Assembly (NCBI RefSeq): GCF_009914755.1
Contig: NC_060933.1
DNA from: the human T2T-CHM13v2.0 reference genome, Homo sapiens
Direction: 5' to 3' (one strand)
DNA length: 64,000 nucleotides
Of this stretch, positions 59,130 through 64,000 are shown piece by piece (within the stretch, counting starts at the first letter, position 1; each line of letters opens with the position of its first letter). The position numbers were made by a program, and so were the translations under genes. Below the pieces are notes generated by a model. It did not search any database and was not told the DNA's origin. It saw only the letters and a list, made by a program, of their open reading frames with translations.

Positions 59130-62100
59130 GCTTAATTCCATTCCATTCCATTCGACTGCAATCGAGTTGATTCCATTCCATTCCATTCCATTCCATTCCA
59201 TTCCATTCCGTTCCTTTCCATTCCATTACGGATGATTCCATTCCATTGCATTCCATTCCATTCCATTCCCCTGTACTCGGGTTGATTCCATTCCATTCCA
59301 TTCCAATCCATGCCATTCCACTCGTGTTGATTCCATTCTTTCCATTCCATTCAAGTTGAATCCATTCCATTGCATTCCATTCCATTCCATTCCCCTGCAG
59401 TCGGGTTGATTCCATTCCATTCCATTCCATTCCATTCCATTCCGTTCCGTTCCGTTCTGTTCCATTCCATTCCATTCCATTCCATTCTATTCGGGTTAAT
59501 TCCATTCCATTCCATTCCATTCCATTCCATTCCAATCGAGTTGATTCCATTCCATTCCATTACATTCCATTCCACTCCATTCCAGTCTTTTCCATTCCAT
59601 TCCACTCGGGTTGATTCCAACGTATTCCTTTCCATTCCATTCCATTCCATTGCAATCGAGTTGATTCCATTGCTCTGCATTCCATTCCATTCCATTCCAT
59701 TCCGGATGATTCCATTCCATTGCATTCCATTCCATTCCATTCCCCTGCACTCGGGTTGATTCCAATCCATTCCACTCCATTCCGTTCCATTCCATTCCAT
59801 TCCATTCCATCACAATCGAGTTGGTTCCATTCCATTCCATTCCATTCCATTCCATTCCATTCCATTCCGGATGATTCCATTCCATTACATTCCGTTCCAT
59901 TACATTCCCCTGCACTCGGGTTGATTCCATTCCATTCCATTCCATTCCATTCGATTCCATTCCATTCCAATTCTTTCCATTCCATTCTATTCCGTACAAT
60001 TCCATTCCATTCCATACCATTCCATTCCATTCCATTCCATTCCATTCCGTTCCGTTCCGTTCCGTTCCGTTCCATTCCATTCCATTCCATTTTATTCGGG
60101 TTAATTCCATTCCATTCCATTCCATTCCATTCTATTCCATTCCATTGCAATCGAGTTGAATCCATTGCATTCCATTCCATTCCATTCCGGAAGATTCCAT
60201 TCCATTGCATTCCTTTCCATTCCATTCCGGAAGATTCCATTCCATTGCATTCCATTCCATTCCATTCCCCTGCACTCGCGTTGATTCCATTCCATTCCAT
60301 TCCATTCCATTCCATTCCATTCCGTTCCGTTCCGTTCCATTCCATTCCATTCCATTCCTTTCCGTTCCCTTCCGTTCCATTCCATTCCATACTATTCGGG
60401 TTAATTCCATTCCATTCCATTCGATTGCAATCCAGTTGATTGCATTCCATTCCATTCCATTCCATTCCATTCCATTCCTTTCCATTCCATTACGGATGAT
60501 TCCATTCCATTACATTACATTCCATTCCATTCCCCTGTACTCGGGTTGATTCCATTCCATTCCATTCCATTCCATTCTATTCCATTCCATTCCATTCCAT
60601 TCCGGAAGATTCCATTCCATTGCATTCCATTCCATTCCATTCCCCTGCACTCGCGTTGATTCCATTCCATTCCATTCCATTCCATTCCATTTTCTTCCGT
60701 TCCATTCCATTCCATTCCATTCCATTCCATTCCGTTCCGTTCCGTTCCATTCCATTCCATTCCATTCTATTCGGGTTAATTCCATTCCATTCCATTCGAT
60801 TGCAATCGTGTTGATTCCATTCCATTCCATTCCATTCCATTCCATTCCATTCCATTCCTTTCCATTCCGTTACGGATGATTCCATTCCATTGCATTCCAT
60901 TCCATTCCATTCCCCTTTACTCGGGTTGATTCCATTCCATTGCATTCCAATCCATGCCCTTCCACTCGTGTTTATTCCATTCTTTCCATTCCATTCAAGT
61001 TGAATCCATTCCATTGCATTCCATTCAATTCGATTCCATTCGATTGCACTCGGGTTGATTCCATTCCATTGCATTCCATTCCATTCCATTCCATTCCATT
61101 CCATTCCATTCCGTTCCATTCCATTCCATTACATTCGGATTGATTCTATTCAATTCCCTTACACTCCATTACATTCCATTCCATTTGGGTAGTTTCCATT
61201 CCATTCCATTCCATTCGTCTCCATTCCATTGCACTCGGGTTGATTCCATTCCATTGCATTCCATTCCATTCCTTTCAATTCCATTCAGTTCCATTCCATT
61301 CCATTACATTCGGATTCATTATATTCAACTCCCTTACTCTCCATTACATTCCATTCCATTCGGGTTGTTCCATTCCATTCCATTCCATTCCACTCCATTC
61401 CATTGCACTAGGGTTGATTCCATTCCATTCCATTCCATTCCATTCCATTCCATTCCGGAAGATTCCATTCCATTGCATTCCATTCCATTCCATTCCCCTG
61501 CACTTGCGTTGATTCCATTCCATTCCATTCCATTCCATTCCATTCCATTCCATTCCATTCCTTTCCGTTCCATTCCATTCCATTCCATTCCATTCCATTC
61601 CATTCCGTTCCGTTCCGTTCCGTTCCGCTCGATTCTATTCCATTCCATTCTATTCGGGTTAAATCCATTCCATTCCATTCGATTGCAATCGAGTTGATTC
61701 CATTCCATTCCATTCCATTCCTTTCCATTCCATTACGGATGATTCCATTCCATTGCATTCCATTCCAATCCATTCCCCTGTACTCGGGTTGATTCCATTC
61801 CATTCCATTCCAATCCATGCCATTCCACTCGTGTTGATTCCATTCTTTCCATTCCATTCAAGTTGAATCCATTCCATTGCATTCCATTCCATTCTATTCC
61901 CCTGCAGTCGGGTTGATTCCTTTCCATTCCATTCCATTCCATTCCATTCCATTCCATTCCACTCCGTTCCGTTCCATTCCATTCTATTCCATTCCATTCT
62001 ATTCGTGTTAATTCCATTCCATTCCATTCCATTCCAATCGAGTTGATTCCACTCCATTCCATTCCATTCCATTCCACTCCATTCTAGTCCTTTCCATTCC

Positions 62101-64000
62101 ATTCCACTCGGGTTGATTCCAATGTATTCCTTTCCATTCCATTCCATTCCATTGCAATCGAGTTGATTCCATTGCTTTGCATTCCACTCCATTCCATTCC
62201 ATTCCGGATGATTCCATTCCATTGCATTCCATTCCATTCCATTCCCCTGCACTCGGGTTGATTCCATTCCATTCCACTCCATTCCGTTCCATTCCATTCC
62301 ATTGCATTGTATTCGGGTTAATTCCATTCCATTCCATTCCATTCCATTCCATTCCATCACAATCGGGTTGGTTCCATTCCATTCCATTCCATTCCATTCC
62401 ACATGATTCCATTCCATTACATTCCGTTCCATTACATTCCCCTGCACTCGGGTTGATTCCATTCCATTCCATTCCATTCCATTCCATTCGATTCCATTCC
62501 ATTCCAATTCTTTCCATTCCATTCTCTTCCGTACCATTCCATTCCATTCCATACCATTCCATTCCATTCCGTTCCGTTCCGTTCCGTTCCATTCCATTCC
62601 ATTCCATTCTATTCGGGTTAATTCCATTCCATTCCATTCCATTCCATTCTATTCCATTCCATTGCAATCGAGTTGAATCCATTGCATTCCATTCCATTCC
62701 ATTCCATTCCATTCTGGAAGATTCCATTCCATTGCATTCCATTCCATTCCATTCCCCTGCACTCGCGTTGATTCCATTCCATTCCATTCCATTCCGTTCC
62801 GTTCCGTTCCGTTCCATTCGATTCCATTCCATTCCGTTCCGTTCCGTTCCGTTCCATTCCATCCCATTCCATTCTATTCGGGTTAATTCCATTCTATTCC
62901 ATTCGATTGCAATCGAGTTGATTCCATTCCATTCCATTCCATTACATTCCATTCCATTCCTTTCCATTCCATTACGGATGATTCCATTCCACTGCATTAC
63001 ATTCCATTCCATTCCCCTGTACTCGGGTTGATTCCATTCCATTCCATTCCATTCCATTCTATTCCATTCCATTCCATTCCATTCCGGAAGATTCCATTCC
63101 ATTGCATTCCATTCCATTCCATTCCATTCCATTCCGGAAGATTCCATTCCATTGCATTCCATTCCATTCCATTCCCCTGCACTCGCGTTGATTCCTTTCC
63201 ATTCCATTACATTCCATTCCATTCCATTCCGATCCGTTCCATTCCATTCCATTCCATTCCATTCCGTTCCGTTCCATTCCATTCCATTCCATTGCATTGT
63301 ATTCGGGTTAATTCCATTCCATTCCATTCGATTGCAATCGAGTTGATTCCATTCCATTCCATTCCATTCCATTCCATTCCATTCCTTTCCATTCCATTAC
63401 GGATGATTCCATTCCATTGCATTCCATTCCATTCCATTCCCCTGTACTCGGGTTGATTCCATTCCATTGCATTCCAATCCATGCCCTTCCACTCGTGTTG
63501 ACTCCATTCTTTCCATTCCGTTCAAGTTGAATCCATTCCATTGCATTCCATTCCATTCGATTCCATTCGATTGCACTCGGGTTGATTCCATTCCATTGCA
63601 TTCCATTCCATTCCATTCCATTCCATTACATTCCGTTCCATTCCATTCCATTACATTCGGATTGATTCTATTCAATTCCCTTAGACTCCATTACGTTCCA
63701 TTCCATTCGGGTAGTTTCCATTCCATTCCATTCCATTCCTCTCCATTCCATTGCACTCGGGTTGATTCCATTCCATTGCATTCCATTCCATTCCATTCAA
63801 TTCCATTCCGTTCCATTCCATTCCATTACATACGGATTGATTCTATTCATCTCCCTTAGTCTCCATTACATTCCATTCCATTCGGCTTGTTCCATTCCAT
63901 TCCATTCCATTCCACTCCATTCCATTGCACTCGGGTTGATTCCATTCCATTCCATTCCATTCCATTCCATTCCATTCCGGAAGATTCCATTCCATTGCAT
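59130..64000 (+). repeat. ~2.5 kb-period tandem duplication, second copy running to the window end
   Basis: The private variant CATCACAATCG(A/G)GTTGGTTCC occurs at ~59808/62355 and CCATGCCCTTCCACTCG at ~60952/63479. ORF starts 60940 and 63467 are offset by 2527. Confidence 0.85.

Larger units (their letters stand above)
1..64000 (+). repeat. Human Satellite III (HSat3) array, (CATTC)n/(GGAAT)n with ACTCGGGTTG-type interruptions
   Basis: CATTC pentamers run end to end in one orientation. The recurrent ACTCGGGTTG is the reverse complement of CAACCCGAGT, the known Sat III interspersed decamer. The dense CATTCGATTC/ATG ~23-26 bp pattern of HSat2 is absent, and G is strongly depleted on the + strand. 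Confidence 0.98.

Noticed and set aside
23-63859. Hundreds of ORFs (IPFHS repeats on +, MEWNG repeats on -)
   Set aside because: The pentamer has no stop codon in any frame on either strand, and the - strand has an ATG every 5 bp. The ORFs overlap in all frames and show no domain content, so they are not called as CDS.
1-64000. CRISPR-like repeat/spacer alternation
   Set aside because: The apparent spacers are a few recurring short words rather than unique sequences, repeat length varies, and there are no cas genes or leader.
1-64000. Assignment to HSat2, DYZ1 or a specific chromosome
   Set aside because: The HSat2 motif pattern is absent, and no regular ~3.5 kb or ~1.8 kb unit is visible. 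Subfamily and chromosome need k-mer comparison with a T2T reference.
1-64000. A single regular higher-order repeat
   Set aside because: Marker spacings vary (0.65, 0.9, 2.5, 2.8, 2.9, 4.2, ~6 kb) and each holds for only 2-4 copies.
1-64000. Inversions or Alu/L1/other insertions
   Set aside because: I saw no GGAAT-oriented block, poly-A tail or extended non-satellite stretch on the + strand.
1-64000. G-quadruplex or telomere-like repeat on the - strand
   Set aside because: The strand has mostly GG steps with isolated GGGG from CCCCTG. There are no clustered G3 tracts and no TTAGGG arrays.

Overview
The whole 64 kb is one uninterrupted, single-orientation array of classical Satellite III (HSat3). 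It reads (CATTC)n on the + strand and (GGAAT)n on the - strand, punctuated about every 40-60 bp by variants of ACTCGGGTTG, the reverse complement of the CAACCCGAGT Sat III terminator. It is most likely human or great-ape pericentromeric or acrocentric heterochromatin; I cannot assign the chromosome or subfamily from sequence alone. I see no genes, RNA genes, Alu/L1 insertions, inversions or CRISPR. All ORFs are poly-MEWNG or poly-IPFHS read-throughs of the pentamer. I cannot support a claim of a new biological system. The notable internal structure is: (i) a small vocabulary of punctuation words in stereotyped order, giving a ~0.8-0.9 kb cycle; (ii) nested tandem and dispersed duplications of 0.12 to ~6 kb, plus a ~5 kb block recurring ~39 kb away; (iii) about 50 perfect three-unit heat-shock elements created by one word type; (iv) a recurrent 14-bp perfect palindrome; (v) a 5-bp register broken almost only at two fixed words. 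All counts and boundaries are by eye and approximate.
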